Below are positions 1 to 11,100 of a DNA stretch of 32,636 nt, one piece after another; the stretch's first letter is position 1; every line of letters starts with the position of its first letter. The notes beneath the pieces are model-generated. The model was not told the DNA's origin and made no database searches. It was given only the letters and a program-made list of their open reading frames with translations. Position numbers and translations under genes: made by a program. This DNA is from Selaginella moellendorffii (Eukaryota > Plantae > Lycopodiophyta): the NCBI RefSeq assembly GCF_000143415.4, contig NW_003314310.1:100819-133454 (forward strand), in the 5' to 3' direction.

Positions 1-755
1 CTTCCGTGGCACCTTAACCCACTGGCAGAGTTCACATGATTTACAATACTCGAATTAGCCTTCATATTCCTCCAATAAAAATTGCACTTAATCAATTCAT
101 ATGTGTTCTTCCCCCCAAAATAACCAGCCTCTAGACGATCATGATAGTGGAATAAAACTTGAGTAATTAACACATCCATCTGTGGCAAATATACATGGCC
201 ATTGTAATAGAAAATCCCATCCACTAATGAGAAAGGGGCTTTCATCTAGTCACACAAAGAGGCCACCTTAGCATCCTAAGCCTGAGCACACTCAACTAAC
301 TGCCCAAACTTGCTGACCACCTTACTCAAATGATGACAAAATCGTGTTCGTAACGTCGTTACATGACGAACACGAGATAAAGCATCTGCCATCACATTCA
401 ATTTTCCTGGATGATGCTCAATAGGAAACTCCCCAAACTCCATGAGTCTGACTATCTAACGAGCTTGCCTAGTGTTCAACTCTTGTGTGAAAAGATACAC
501 AAGTGGTTTGTGATCCATCAACACCACAAACATTGCACCATAAAGATAGTGCCGCCATGTCCGCAAAGCATGAACAATAGAGAATAGCTCTTACTCATAT
601 GTGGAATAGCTTTTCTCCGCAAAATTCAATGTTCAACTCTCATATGCAATAGGCTGTCCCTCTTACATGAGAACTCCACCCAGTGCATAACCACTTGCAT
701 CGCAAGTCACCTCATAAGGTTTTGATGGTCAGCAATGCGAAGCACTGGAGCCTTG

Positions 756-1179
756 NNNNNNNNNNNNNNNNNNNNNNNNNNNNNNNNNNNNNNNNNNNNN
801 NNNNNNNNNNNNNNNNNNNNNNNNNNNNNNNNNNNNNNNNNNNNNNNNNNNNNNNNNNNNNNNNNNNNNNNNNNNNNNNNNNNNNNNNNNNNNNNNNNNN
901 NNNNNNNNNNNNNNNNNNNNNNNNNNNNNNNNNNNNNNNNNNNNNNNNNNNNNNNNNNNNNNNNNNNNNNNNNNNNNNNNNNNNNNNNNNNNNNNNNNNN
1001 NNNNNNNNNNNNNNNNNNNNNNNNNNNNNNNNNNNNNNNNNNNNNNNNNNNNNNNNNNNNNNNNNNNNNNNNNNNNNNNNNNNNNNNNNNNNNNNNNNNN
1101 NNNNNNNNNNNNNNNNNNNNNNNNNNNNNNNNNNNNNNNNNNNNNNNNNNNNNNNNNNNNNNNNNNNNNNNNNNNNNNN
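756..1179. other. Assembly gap (424 N)
   Basis: Run of N. Confidence 1.
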
Positions 1180-1350
1180 TTTCAGCGCCACAAAACTCTC
1201 CTCTTGTGGCTTCTTCCACTTGAATGGCACGTTCTTGTGCAACAACTGTGTCAAAGGAATAATCACCTCCGTAAACTTATGCTGGAATTGTCGGTAGTAA
1301 CTAGCCATACCAAGAAAATTGCGTAACTCGGCCACTAAAATTAGTGTAGG

Positions 1351-1911
1351 CTAGTTCTCCACCACAGCCACCTTTCTGGGATCTGTCTTGACACCTTTAG
1401 ATGTCACAATATGGCCTAGATATTCCACCTCTAACTTTTCAAACTCACATCTGCTCTTCTTCACATAAAGTTTGTTTTCAGGGAGTAACAAAAGAACTTT
1501 GTGCAAATGCACCCTATGCTCCTCCATATTCTTGTTGAAAACAAGAATGTCATCCAAGAAAATCTCCATAAACGCATGAAGATAACACTCAAATACCTCT
1601 GTCATCAACCGAGTAAATATGGTTGGTGCATTCGTCAAACCAAATGGCATAACTGTAAACTCAAAATGCCTGAAGCTTGTGTTGAATGCTATCTTAGAGA
1701 TAGATGCATCATTCATTACAATCTGATGATATCCACTCCTCAAATTAATCTTGGTAAACACTTGTGCTTCACCAAGCTTGTCTAAGATATCATCCATACG
1801 TGGCATTGGCATTTTATCCTTCACTATCTTCTTGTTCAAGGCATGGTAGTTAATACACATCCACATTGAATTATCCTTCTTTTTCACAAGGAAAACCAGA
1901 GCACCAAACAA
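1351..1911 (-). pseudogene. pol: Reverse transcriptase core of Gypsy copy 1
   Basis: MCINYHALNK, MPRMDDILDKLGEAQVFTKINLRSGYHQI, VMPFGLTNAPTIF, FLDDILVF, EYLGHIV. Confidence 0.95.
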
Positions 1912-2338
1912 AGACTTACTTAGTTGAATAAATCCAAACTTAAGTAACTCCTTGACTTGTCATTGAACTTTTTGCTCCTCTGCATAACTTAACCGAAATA
2001 GACGCTGGTAAATTGGCTGCGTCTCTGGCTCCAATGTAATCACCTTGTAATGGAGGCAACCCATAAGGAAATTTAAATGGAAAAAAATCAGAAAACTCAT
2101 CGAGTACATCCTATATTGTTGCTTCTCCCCCACACGTGCCTTGGTCCCCCAAGTCATGAACAAACAGTGAGTAACTCGGAAATATTTTTCCATTATGACA
2201 CGCCTGCTTCAAAGATGTAGCAGAGAGCATAACAACTACAGATTAAACTCTCTCTCCAAACCACACATTTTTAATGCCACCGTACTTTAGTGAGACATGC
2301 TTAATATTCCACTTTATCTCTAGATCCACCTTCACCAA

Positions 2339-2860
2339 CTATGGCATCCCAAAAATGAGATCCACACAATAGATATCTGTGAGATAAAAAGTCTCTACAA
2401 GTGTGGTTTTGTTAACCAACACTTCCAGCTCCTCAACACAAACATCAAAATGTTGAGTAGAGGTAGCTGCACCTTTCACCGTGTATGGAAGAACTCCTTG
2501 TGTGACTATGCCATACTCCACAACAAACTTTGCCGAAGCAAAGTTGTCATCGCTCCCACTATCTAGTAAAATCCATACTAGACCGCCATGGAACACGCCC
2601 TCCAGCATAAAAGCTAATTCATGAGTATCCTCGAGCTCCATCTTGTTCCACACAAAGTTGAGTTGATAAGCAACGATCGAAAGCCACTTCCTCTGACCAA
2701 AATGGTTATCCCCATCATCCTCATGTTGCAAAGTTTGCAACTTTTTAGTATCTGACTTACCATCAATAGAAGATTAGCCATTTTTCTTGCTTCATTGCTT
2801 ATGCTTCAGCTGTGGACAATTAGCCTTGTAATGTCCAAGCTCGCCGCAATGATGACAACC
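2339..2860 (-). pseudogene. Gag zinc knuckle plus aspartic protease of Gypsy copy 1
   Basis: CX2CX4HX4C at 2813-2860; ILLDSGSDDNF active-site motif; C-terminal DLIFGMP ending in a stop. Confidence 0.9.
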
Positions 2861-3417
2861 CTATCTATAATTCTTCATAAAGAACTTCTGCTTCTTTGAC
2901 CCCCTTGCATCCGAAGTAGTCACCACTGACTTCAACTTGTGGTGCTTGTTCCCATCCTTGTGTCCATGGCAATCATCCTGACGATTCTCAACAGAAAGAC
3001 TCTGCAAACGCTTACAAGACTTATGCTTGTCATTGTCAAGTCGACAAGCCGCATCAAAGAGCTCCTCTAAACTCTTTGTAGGCTGAGAATGATGCAAGTG
3101 TTGCCGCATGCTCTCACTATGAAGGCCATTAATGAAGTAGCACTTGTTTTGATCTGGATCTTGAATATTTTAGGAATTAGAATATTCTCTCTCTCACTCT
3201 CACACTTTTTAAATGGCCATGCCCTAACATTGGCAGGCACCCTTGATAAGCTACTTTACTAATATGCTTTAGCACTTCATATAAACCAACATATCAATAA
3301 AAAATGTTATCACTCTTCCCATTCTGCAAAGGCACTAAAGTATTTTGCCTCTTTGATGAAAATATCACTTATATAAAGATGAGATCACCCATCTTATACT
3401 CCTAGAATTGATAATAC

Positions 3418-4722
3418 TCAATAGAAATTTTCTAAAACTCCGTGAGTTTGACTATAGTATTGCAACTAATGATATCCACTTCTTAGATCAATCTTGCTAA
3501 ACACATATGCTTCACTAGGCTTGTTTAAGATATAATCCTTATGTAGCATCAGCATCTTGTCATTCACTATCTTCTTGTTCAAAATACGGTAGCATTTGCA
3601 TTGAATCATCCTTCTTCCTCACAAGTAAGACTGTGCACCAAATGAAAACTTACTTAGCTGAATAAATCCAAACTCAAGTAACTCCTTGATTTATTGTTAA
3701 ACATTTTGTTCTGCCACATAACATGGGAAAACTCCTCAAATACATCTTACACTGCTGCCAAGTCATGAATAAATAACAAGTAACTAAAATGTTTTTGTCT
3801 ATTACGATAAGCTTGCTTTGAAGATGTAATGGAGAGCATAACAATTGGAGGCTAAACTCCATCTCAAAACCACACATCTTTGATGCTACCATACTCTAGG
3901 AAGATATGTTTAATGCTTCACTTTATCTTTGGATCCACCTCTGCCAACCATGGCATCCCAAAAATGAGACCCATATAATGGATGCTCATGAGATAAAAGT
4001 CTCCACAAGTGTGGTTATACTAACAAAAATTTAAGCATCGAAATGTTGAGTATGAGTAATTGCACCTTCTCAACAGACTTTGCTGAAGCAAAGTTATGAT
4101 CACTCCCACTATCCAGTAAAATCTATATTGAATTGCCATGGAACATGCCCTCCAGCATTAAAGCTGATGCACAAGTGTTCTTGAAGTCCATCTTGCTTCA
4201 CATATAATTGAGTTGACGAGTAATAATTGAAAGCCTCTTCCTCTAACTGGAATGGTTTTCTCTATCATCCTCACGCTGTAAAGTTTGCAACTTTTTAGTA
4301 CTGTTACTTGTTCTTCAGTTGTGGATTATCAACATTGTAGTGTTTATACTCATCACAATGATGACAACCTTGGCTATAATTCTTCACAAATGACTGTTAC
4401 TTCTTTGTATCTGAAGTCTTGTGTCCATGACGATCATCACTACAATTCTCAATAGAAGGACTCCTCAAATGCTTGTGAGACTTATATTTATCATTGTTAA
4501 GTCAATGAGCCACATCAAAGAACTCCAATAAACTCTTTATTGGCTGAGAACGACACAAGTGTTACTGCATACTCTCACTATGAAGGCCATCAATGAAGTA
4601 GAATTTGTTTTTATTTGGATCATTCATTAGAATACAGCTAATCAAGTGAGTAAGTTTCTCAATATAATCCTCAAACATCATTTTTCCCTTGCTAGAAATG
4701 TCAAATTTCCATGTGAGCATTC
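3418..4722 (-). mobile_element. Second, more decayed and multiply deleted copy of the same Gypsy family (gag/PR/RT start/RH fragment)
   Basis: Blockwise similarity to copy 1: 3420-3455 ~ 420-455, 3468-3690 ~ 1722-1958, 3760-4300 ~ 2149-2750, 4540-4622 ~ 3075-3160. Segment 4640-4722 matches gag 6125-6205 in reverse complement. Confidence 0.85.
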
Positions 4723-5361
4723 TCCATGTTATAATAAGGGGTAAAACATAAATGAAAAGCAAACTTAAACTCATCTATAAGTGACTAATTTTTCCATTTT
4801 ACTTTAGTCATTTAACTACACCCTTGACCACTTGGAGGAGTCTCACTTACAACCTCCATAAGCCCTATTCCCAACTTAGGGATTTGCTAGTCCCATAAAT
4901 AACATCCATTAGACTTTAATAAGCAAGTGATGAAATCAAGTGTCACACTCTAAAATGGCCATATTAGTGTTAGAATGCACCTAGTCTACTTCTCAATTCT
5001 TCACTTACATTACTGACAAGTAGGGCAAGAATTTAATCCAATATATGACCATCCATACCACACCAAAAATACCCCTTTCTCAATGAGGTAAGAGTCTTTT
5101 GTTTACTGCCATATCCCACTATTAGAACATCATGATGTTCCCACAAAAATAATAGTTGTAGGTCCTTGGATAGAAGATATAATAGAAAAATTATATGACT
5201 AGTTTTCTAAACTACATGGAAAAATGTATTTTGAATTTTATAATTGATTATATAATGAACTATATCTTAATACATGCATATTTTTTTTCTGAACATATGT
5301 AGTATTTAATGAAATAAAAACCATAGAAGACACTATGCTAAAAAGTATTTATCACACTAAT

Positions 5362-5594
5362 TGTTAAGTGCCAGCTTTGACCACGTGGTCAACATTGGTT
5401 AAAGGGAGGCTCAAGGGTATATTAAGGCATGTTAGGGTAAAGGACTTAACCTAACCTAGGGCTCACAATGGAGCGGTAGTGTAATGGAGTTTTTGAGGTA
5501 GCTCGGGGGTGGTTGGGTGGTGAGAAACCTTAAAAGGTGTTATAGCATAGTTTAGAGCAACTAAATCTCTATCTTTTTGCGCTAGATCATAACA
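5362..5594 (+). repeat. 5' LTR (233 bp)
   Basis: TGTTA/TAACA inverted ends; direct repeat of 8792-9018; followed by the PBS. Confidence 0.96.
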
Positions 5595-5595
5595 T

Positions 5596-5606
5596 TGGTA
5601 TCAGAG
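5596..5606 (+). promoter_or_regulatory. Primer-binding site (tRNA-iMet)
   Basis: TGGTATCAGAG, one base after the LTR end. Confidence 0.93.
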
Positions 5607-5618
5607 AAGTTAGTTGTG

Positions 5619-6290
5619 ATGGCTAACCAAGCTGAACACTGGAATCCTATTGTCAATGGTGGTGGTGCTCCTGACGATGGTCCCAACAGAACTATGGAGA
5701 TTTAGACCATTCAAGATGTGGTTCATGAGTTGAGAGCCCTTAATCAAAATCAGCAAAAGATGCAAGACGAGATGCATAGCATGATGGATACCATGTGTGG
5801 GTGTGTTGAGGCATTCGAGGCTGGACGTGGTAGCGCTCCAAGTAAGCCTTCCTTGGTAAATCAACTCAAGATTCCTATCTTTTCTGGTGATGGTGGCGTG
5901 GACGAGTGTCTCGCTTGGCTAGCCAATGTGAAGAAGTTCTTGGCTACTAGGGGAACTCTGGATGCAGAGGCTTTAGTGGCTATTCCAATGGTTTTGTGTG
6001 ATTCGGGTCTTCGATGGTGGAATTGACTTGAGGAGTCTCGTGTTGCGGATAACAAACCACCAGTGTCTACCATGGATGAGTTTGAGGCTACTTTCTGTTT
6101 ACGTTTTGCCCCTCACTACAATAGGAGAATGCTCACACAGAACTTTGACATTTCTAGCAAGGGAAAATAACACTTAGGGACTATATTGAGAAGCTTACTT
6201 GCGTGATTAGCCATGTTCCAACGAAGGATCCAAATCAGAACAAGTCCTACTTCATTGATGGCTTTTATAGTGAGAGCATGCGACAACACT
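5619..6290 (+). pseudogene. gag: gag N-terminal/capsid region, interrupted by stops and frameshifts
   Basis: ORF 5718-6026 contains LKIPIFSGDG...WLANVKKF...LRWWN, typical of retrotransposon gag, and lies just after the PBS. Confidence 0.8.
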
Positions 6291-6298
6291 AGGATAAC

Positions 6299-7860
6299 AT
6301 GCCGATGCCACGCATGGATGATATCTTAGACAAGCTTAGTGAAGCACAAGTGTTTACCAAGATTGATATGAGGAGTGGATATCATCAAATTGCAATAGAT
6401 GATGCATCTATCTCTAAGATAGCATTTAACATAAGCTTCGAGCATTTTGAGTTTACAATTATGCCATTTGGTTTGACAAATGCACTAGCCACATTTACTT
6501 GGTTGATAACAGAGGTATTTAAGCGTTATTTTCATGAGTTTGTAGAGATTTCCTTGGATGATATTCTTGTTTTCAGCAAGAATATGGAGGAGCATAGGAT
6601 GCATTTGCACAAGGTTCTTTTGTTATTCTGTGACAACAAACTTTATGCGAAAAAGAGCAAATGTGAGTTTGCAAAGTCGGAGGTGGAATATTTAGGCCAT
6701 ATTATGACATCTAAAAGTGTCAAGACGGATCCCAAGAAGGTGGCTGTGGTGAGGAATTGGCCTACACCAACTTCAATGGCTGAGTTACGCAGTTTCCTTA
6801 GAATGGCTAGTTACTACCGATGTTTCCAGCATAAATTTATAGAGGTGGCTATTCCTTTGACACGGTTGTTGCGCAAGAATGTGCCTTTCGAGTGGAAGAA
6901 GCCACAAGAGGAGAGTTTTGTGGCGCTGAGATGATTGTTGAGCAAGGCTTTAGTGCTTTGTATTGCTGATCCATCGAAACCTTACAAGGTTACATGTGAT
7001 GCAATTGGTTATGCACTGGGAGGAGTTCTCATACAAGAGGGACAACCTATTGCATATAAGAGTCAAACTTTGAATCTTGTAGAACAACACTATTCCACAT
7101 ATGAGCAAGAGTTATTCTCTATTATTCATGCTTTACGGACGTGGTGGCACTATCTTTATGATACAATGTTCGTGGTGTTGACAAATCACAAACCACTTAT
7201 GTATCTTTTCACACCGAAGGAGTTGAACACTAGGCAAGCTCGTTGGATGGTCAAACTCATGGAGTTTGGGGAGTTTCCTATTGAGCATCGTTCGGGAAAA
7301 TCCAATGTGGTGGCGGATGCCTTATCTCATGTTCGTTATATGACAGCATTCCAAACATGGCTTTGTCATCATTTGAGTAAAGTGGTCAGCAAGTTTGGGT
7401 AGTTGGTTGAGCGTGCTTAGGTTTAGGATGCTGAAGTGGCCTCTTTGCGTGACCAGATGGAAGCCCCTTTCTCATTAATGGATGGGATTCTCTATTACAA
7501 TGGCCATGTCTATTTGCCATGGGTGGATGTGTTAATTACTCAAGTTTTATTCCACTATCATGGTCATTTTGGGGGGAAGAAGACGTATGAGTTGATCAAG
7601 CGCAATTTTTATTGGAGGAATATAAAGGCTGATATCCTCGAGTCTTGTAAATCATGCAAGCTCTGTCAACGGGATAAGGTGCTATAAGAGAAGCCGGGGG
7701 GACTTTTGCAACCTTCACCTATTCCTCAGAGCCATTGGTGTAGTATTTTTATGGACTTCATCATTTGTTTGCCATGAATACAGAGGTAAAAGGAGCTAGT
7801 ATGGGTCATAGTGGATCGGTTGACGAAGTATGTGTAGTTGTTGGCTCTTTGGAAGATTGT
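6299..7860 (+). pseudogene. pol: pol remnant: RT (N-terminally deleted), RNase H, integrase zinc finger and start of core
   Basis: KIDMRSGYHQI, MPFGLTNA, SLDDIL (6299-6934); VTCDAIGYALGGVL, EQELFSII, NVVADALS (6935-7402); HGHFGGKKTY...CKLCQRDK (7436-7687); MDFIICLP, VDRLTKY. Confidence 0.95.
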
Positions 7861-7893
7861 TATTGCCTCATCGGGTAATAGTAGTTTATCGGG

Positions 7894-8581
7894 TGTAGCG
7901 CACTTTATCTCTTTCCCTTTAAGCCAACTGAAAAAAGGGCAATTTCTTGATGAGAGAACTTTTAGTGGCTATTTTATCCCCATTTATTCTCCAAGATTCC
8001 AAGGACCCACGGTGACAGTATATGCAAATTTCATCCCATAATCACATGCGCTACACTCACCCCCCCTTCAAAGATGTCAATGTTCTTATTGACTATTGAC
8101 TAACAACCTTTATTGAGCCAAAGATGTCAATGTTCTTATTGACTATTGACTAATAACCCTTATTGAGCCAAGGGGAACCAGCACTTCCATTTTCGCACTG
8201 AATCTACTAATCTTTCCATTATGTAGACTAGCTATTCCATGTGAGGCAACTAGTTATCCACTTGTACCGTAGTCCCACAAGTGGATACCTTCGTTTGTGG
8301 ATACTCCACACAAAAGGAAGGATATGTATAATTTCAAATTTTAGATGTAGGAATATACCTTGTTCAAGGGTATATTATATTTTTAAGTAGCTATTAATCA
8401 ATGGGAATCGAACCCGTGCCATTTACTCATGTAGCGCATCTTATCTCTCTTTGCTTAAGCCAATTGGAAAAGGGGCAATTGCTTGATGAGAGAGCCCTTA
8501 GTGGCTATTTTATCCCCCAAGGTTCTAAAGATCCACGATGACAGTATATCCAAATCTCATCCTATAATCACATATGCTACA
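7894..8581 (-). mobile_element. TRIM (miniature non-autonomous LTR retrotransposon, 688 bp) nested in the integrase of 5362-9018
   Basis: Direct repeats 7894-8055 and 8430-8581 with TGTAGC...GCTACA ends; minus-strand PPT at 8056-8068. Flanks TCGGG (7889-7893) and TCAAG (8582-8586) form a decayed TSD. Removing the element and one TSD copy restores the host frame YRVQLPVGEKIHLVFYVSQLKR. Confidence 0.92.
8069..8171. repeat. 50-bp tandem duplication inside the TRIM
   Basis: CAAAGATGTCAATGTTCTTATTGACTATTGACTAA...TATTGAGC occurs twice, period 50, with two mismatches. Confidence 0.95.
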
Positions 8582-8778
8582 TCAAGTGCAGCTGCCAGTT
8601 GGGGAGAAAATTCATCTGGTATTTTATGTCAGCCAGTTGAAAGGTGTATTATCTTGGAGTGATGGGCCTAATGCCTCCTTGATGTATACGGCTGTAGAAG
8701 ATGGACTAAGAGCTTGAGCAAGGTTCCCCAAAAAGGGTGATCATTGGTACAACTCGTCCTTGAGACAAAGACTTTGTT

Positions 8779-8790
8779 GGGGGGGAAGAA
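8779..8790 (+). promoter_or_regulatory. Polypurine tract
   Basis: GGGGGGGAAGAA immediately before the 3' LTR. Confidence 0.9.
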
Positions 8791-8791
8791 T

Positions 8792-9018
8792 TGTTAGGTG
8801 CCAACTTTGACCACATGGTCAACATCGGTCAAAGGGAGGCTCAAGGGTATATTAAGGCATGTTAGGGTAAGGGACTTAACCTAGCCTAGGGCTCACAGTG
8901 GAGTGGAGTGGAGCTTTTGAGGTAGCTCGGGGGTGGTTGGGTGGTGAAGAACCTCAAAAGGTGGCGTAGCATAGTTTAAGGCAACTAGATCTCTGTCTTT
9001 TTGCACTGGATCATAACA
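8792..9018 (+). repeat. 3' LTR (227 bp)
   Basis: Direct repeat of 5362-5594 (about 22 substitutions and one 6-bp indel by eye); followed by TSD CTAAT. Confidence 0.96.
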
Positions 9019-9849
9019 CTAATACTTGAACTATATAAACATTATATCTGAAACCACTATTGTGAAAACCTTTAGAAAACTATTTCAAACCTTATACAAT
9101 AAAACTAGATGATTTAATTTTGTCCTATATAATTTCTTATATTGAAAGTCCTATTTATAGAACAAAAATTTTCATAATATAGTTAAATTTTGAAAAACAG
9201 CTTTCTATGATTGGGTTTCAAAGTGTAAGATTCTCATCCAAAGGTCCAGGAAGAAAGGCTGCTCAATTTCTGGAAAAAACATTTTGGTTTAGTGATCCTC
9301 CAAGGTTCTCATGAGATCCTTGTCCACTTTTCAATACATTTTGATTTTTTTCTGTGGACTAAGGTATCCAATGGTAGAGTGCCATGACATCAAGATGATG
9401 CTAATCATCTACACTACCTAGGTTCCACTGTACCAGTTAGATGAGGTTAATGGTGAAGAGGAAGTTGCAACTCACAAAGTAATAGCTGTAAAAAGTTGCA
9501 CATTAGAGACATTAAATTACTTCTACTGGATATTGCATATTTATATTTCATAAATTTGAAATGGAATAGGTGAAGTAGGAAATTTCTACTGTCTCTTAAC
9601 TTTTAAATATAGTATTGATTAAAACTAAAAAGCATAGCCAATTTGGAGTTACAACTGGTGCATTACAAAAAATGATAAGTAAGTGTTTAATATTATGACA
9701 TTGTGACATTGTCTCTTTTATTTTTCAGTATGTGAGCTCCCATATGACATAGAAATCATACGAGGTAATAGTGCTAGGAGTTTGAGCATGGAAATCAAAT
9801 GTTTGTGAATATTTCAACAAATCAAAAGGAAGAAGAAGCATCTTTGGTA

Positions 9850-11100
9850 CACTACTATGCTCATAAAATATTCTGGACAACCAATTATCCTATCTAGCTT
9901 GATTACGCTGGCTGTCACATTGGTCACTTCAAGAGTTCTTAGATCATCTCAAAATGCCTGACAATCAGGCATGCCAGCAAAAATACTGTGCTTTGCATGC
10001 CTCATCACAAGAAAATGTGAAAGACTTTTAGGATCAACAAGATAAAATTCACCAGACCACACTTCTGGAAAAAGGTACAATGTAGTTATTTCTATCAATG
10101 ACATGATTTCAATTTTAGGAATTCTCATAGATTTCAAAACATGTGAGGGCTATTGCAAGAATGCAATTGCAATGTTTCTCCACAAGATAATTCTTTTGAA
10201 TGGGGAGATATATTGCAGTCATCACTACTGATGACAAAAATGACCTAGAAAGTGTAGACCTTCAAAATCTTCTCTTGTGACATACAAGGAGAGATCCTTG
10301 TTTTTCAAGCATGCTATTATAACCACCTTATCAAGGAGGGTGTGCCAGTCATTGATGTTTCAATGAGAATGCCTGTCATCAAGCCATGTGTTTATAAGCC
10401 AAAAGTTTGAAAGTGCAATAGGAAGTTTATGTGCTTGCCATATAGAGCACAATGAAACTTTATAGCTTATAAGCTCAAGCTAGTTGATAGATCCATCTTG
10501 TTTGAGAGAATAGCTCAACTTTAAATTTCTGTTTTCTTTCAGAAGCTATTGGAGAGGATCAAGTTTTTTACATAGATACTTGCCAAGACCACCTCTAGTG
10601 AGGCATCAGCATTTCAAGATGTGGCAAATGCTTGACCAAGAGGTTCTTTTATACTTTCACTTTTGTATTTTGATTGGTATCATCACTTTTTCTTTGTTCT
10701 TTTAGGAAATACTATATCCAAACCAACATACAATAAGATTTATAGCCCACCACTAAAGGCTAGACATGATGCAAAACTTCTCTATGGGAAGGAATTTCTT
10801 GAGAAATTCCATCTGACACAACACAAAGTCCAACTAAAGAACTAGAACACCATGAGGAGCTAGATGGAAGGAGAGCTCAGCAAGCTGGTAGAAGGTCCAA
10901 AGCAACACAAAGGAGAGGCAAGTTTTCCATTTTATTTATGTTTGTATTCACAATTCTTTATTTTTGTTGATATAGTGGATCAAAGGCAATCACAAATAAA
11001 TTGTTCCTCTCACTTTTTTGGTAGGACAGACATCCACATTCATCTAAAACAAAATCTTATTAGAAGAGAGGGCCTAGATGTTCAGCTCTAAGGACATCTA
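9850..11100 (-). mobile_element. Possible very old LINE (L1-like) ORF2 remnant
   Basis: The minus strand at ~10575-10640 reads WSSICHILKC*CLTRGGLG, resembling the W..(L/V)C.P...GGLG motif downstream of the L1 RT. The rest is too decayed to confirm and the boundaries are guesses. Confidence 0.3.

Larger units (their letters stand above)
1..3160 (-). mobile_element. Degenerate Ty3/Gypsy (chromovirus-like) internal region, copy 1: gag C-terminus, protease, RT, RNase H, start of integrase; runs off the window start
   Basis: The minus strand reads the CCHC knuckle GCHHCGELGHYKANC (2813-2860), protease LLDSGS...DLIFGMP (ORF 2339-2740) and RT motifs INLRSGYHQI, MPFGLTNAP and IFLDDIL (ORF 1351-1911), followed by RT-thumb/RNase H and the integrase zinc-finger region (<330). 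The order is gag-PR-RT-RH-INT. It is collinear with 6230-7690 (+) and has stops and frameshifts. Confidence 0.95.
5362..9018 (+). mobile_element. Two-LTR, internally deleted Ty3/Gypsy element (chromovirus-like, ~230-bp LTRs)
   Basis: Paired LTRs TGTTA...TAACA at 5362-5594 and 8792-9018; TSD CTAAT at 5357-5361 and 9019-9023; tRNA-iMet PBS at 5596-5606; PPT at 8779-8790; gag, RT, RH and INT remnants between. Confidence 0.97.

Noticed and set aside
683-1335. Long ORFs spanning the first gap (likewise 27486-28293)
   Set aside because: They are open only because N runs contain no stops.
8069-8171. CRISPR-like repeats (also 12451-12556 and 20087-20137)
   Set aside because: Head-to-tail duplications without unique spacers, no cas genes, eukaryotic retroelement context.
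8397-8430. Functional tRNA gene
   Set aside because: Only a T-arm/B-box is clear; no convincing acceptor or anticodon stem.
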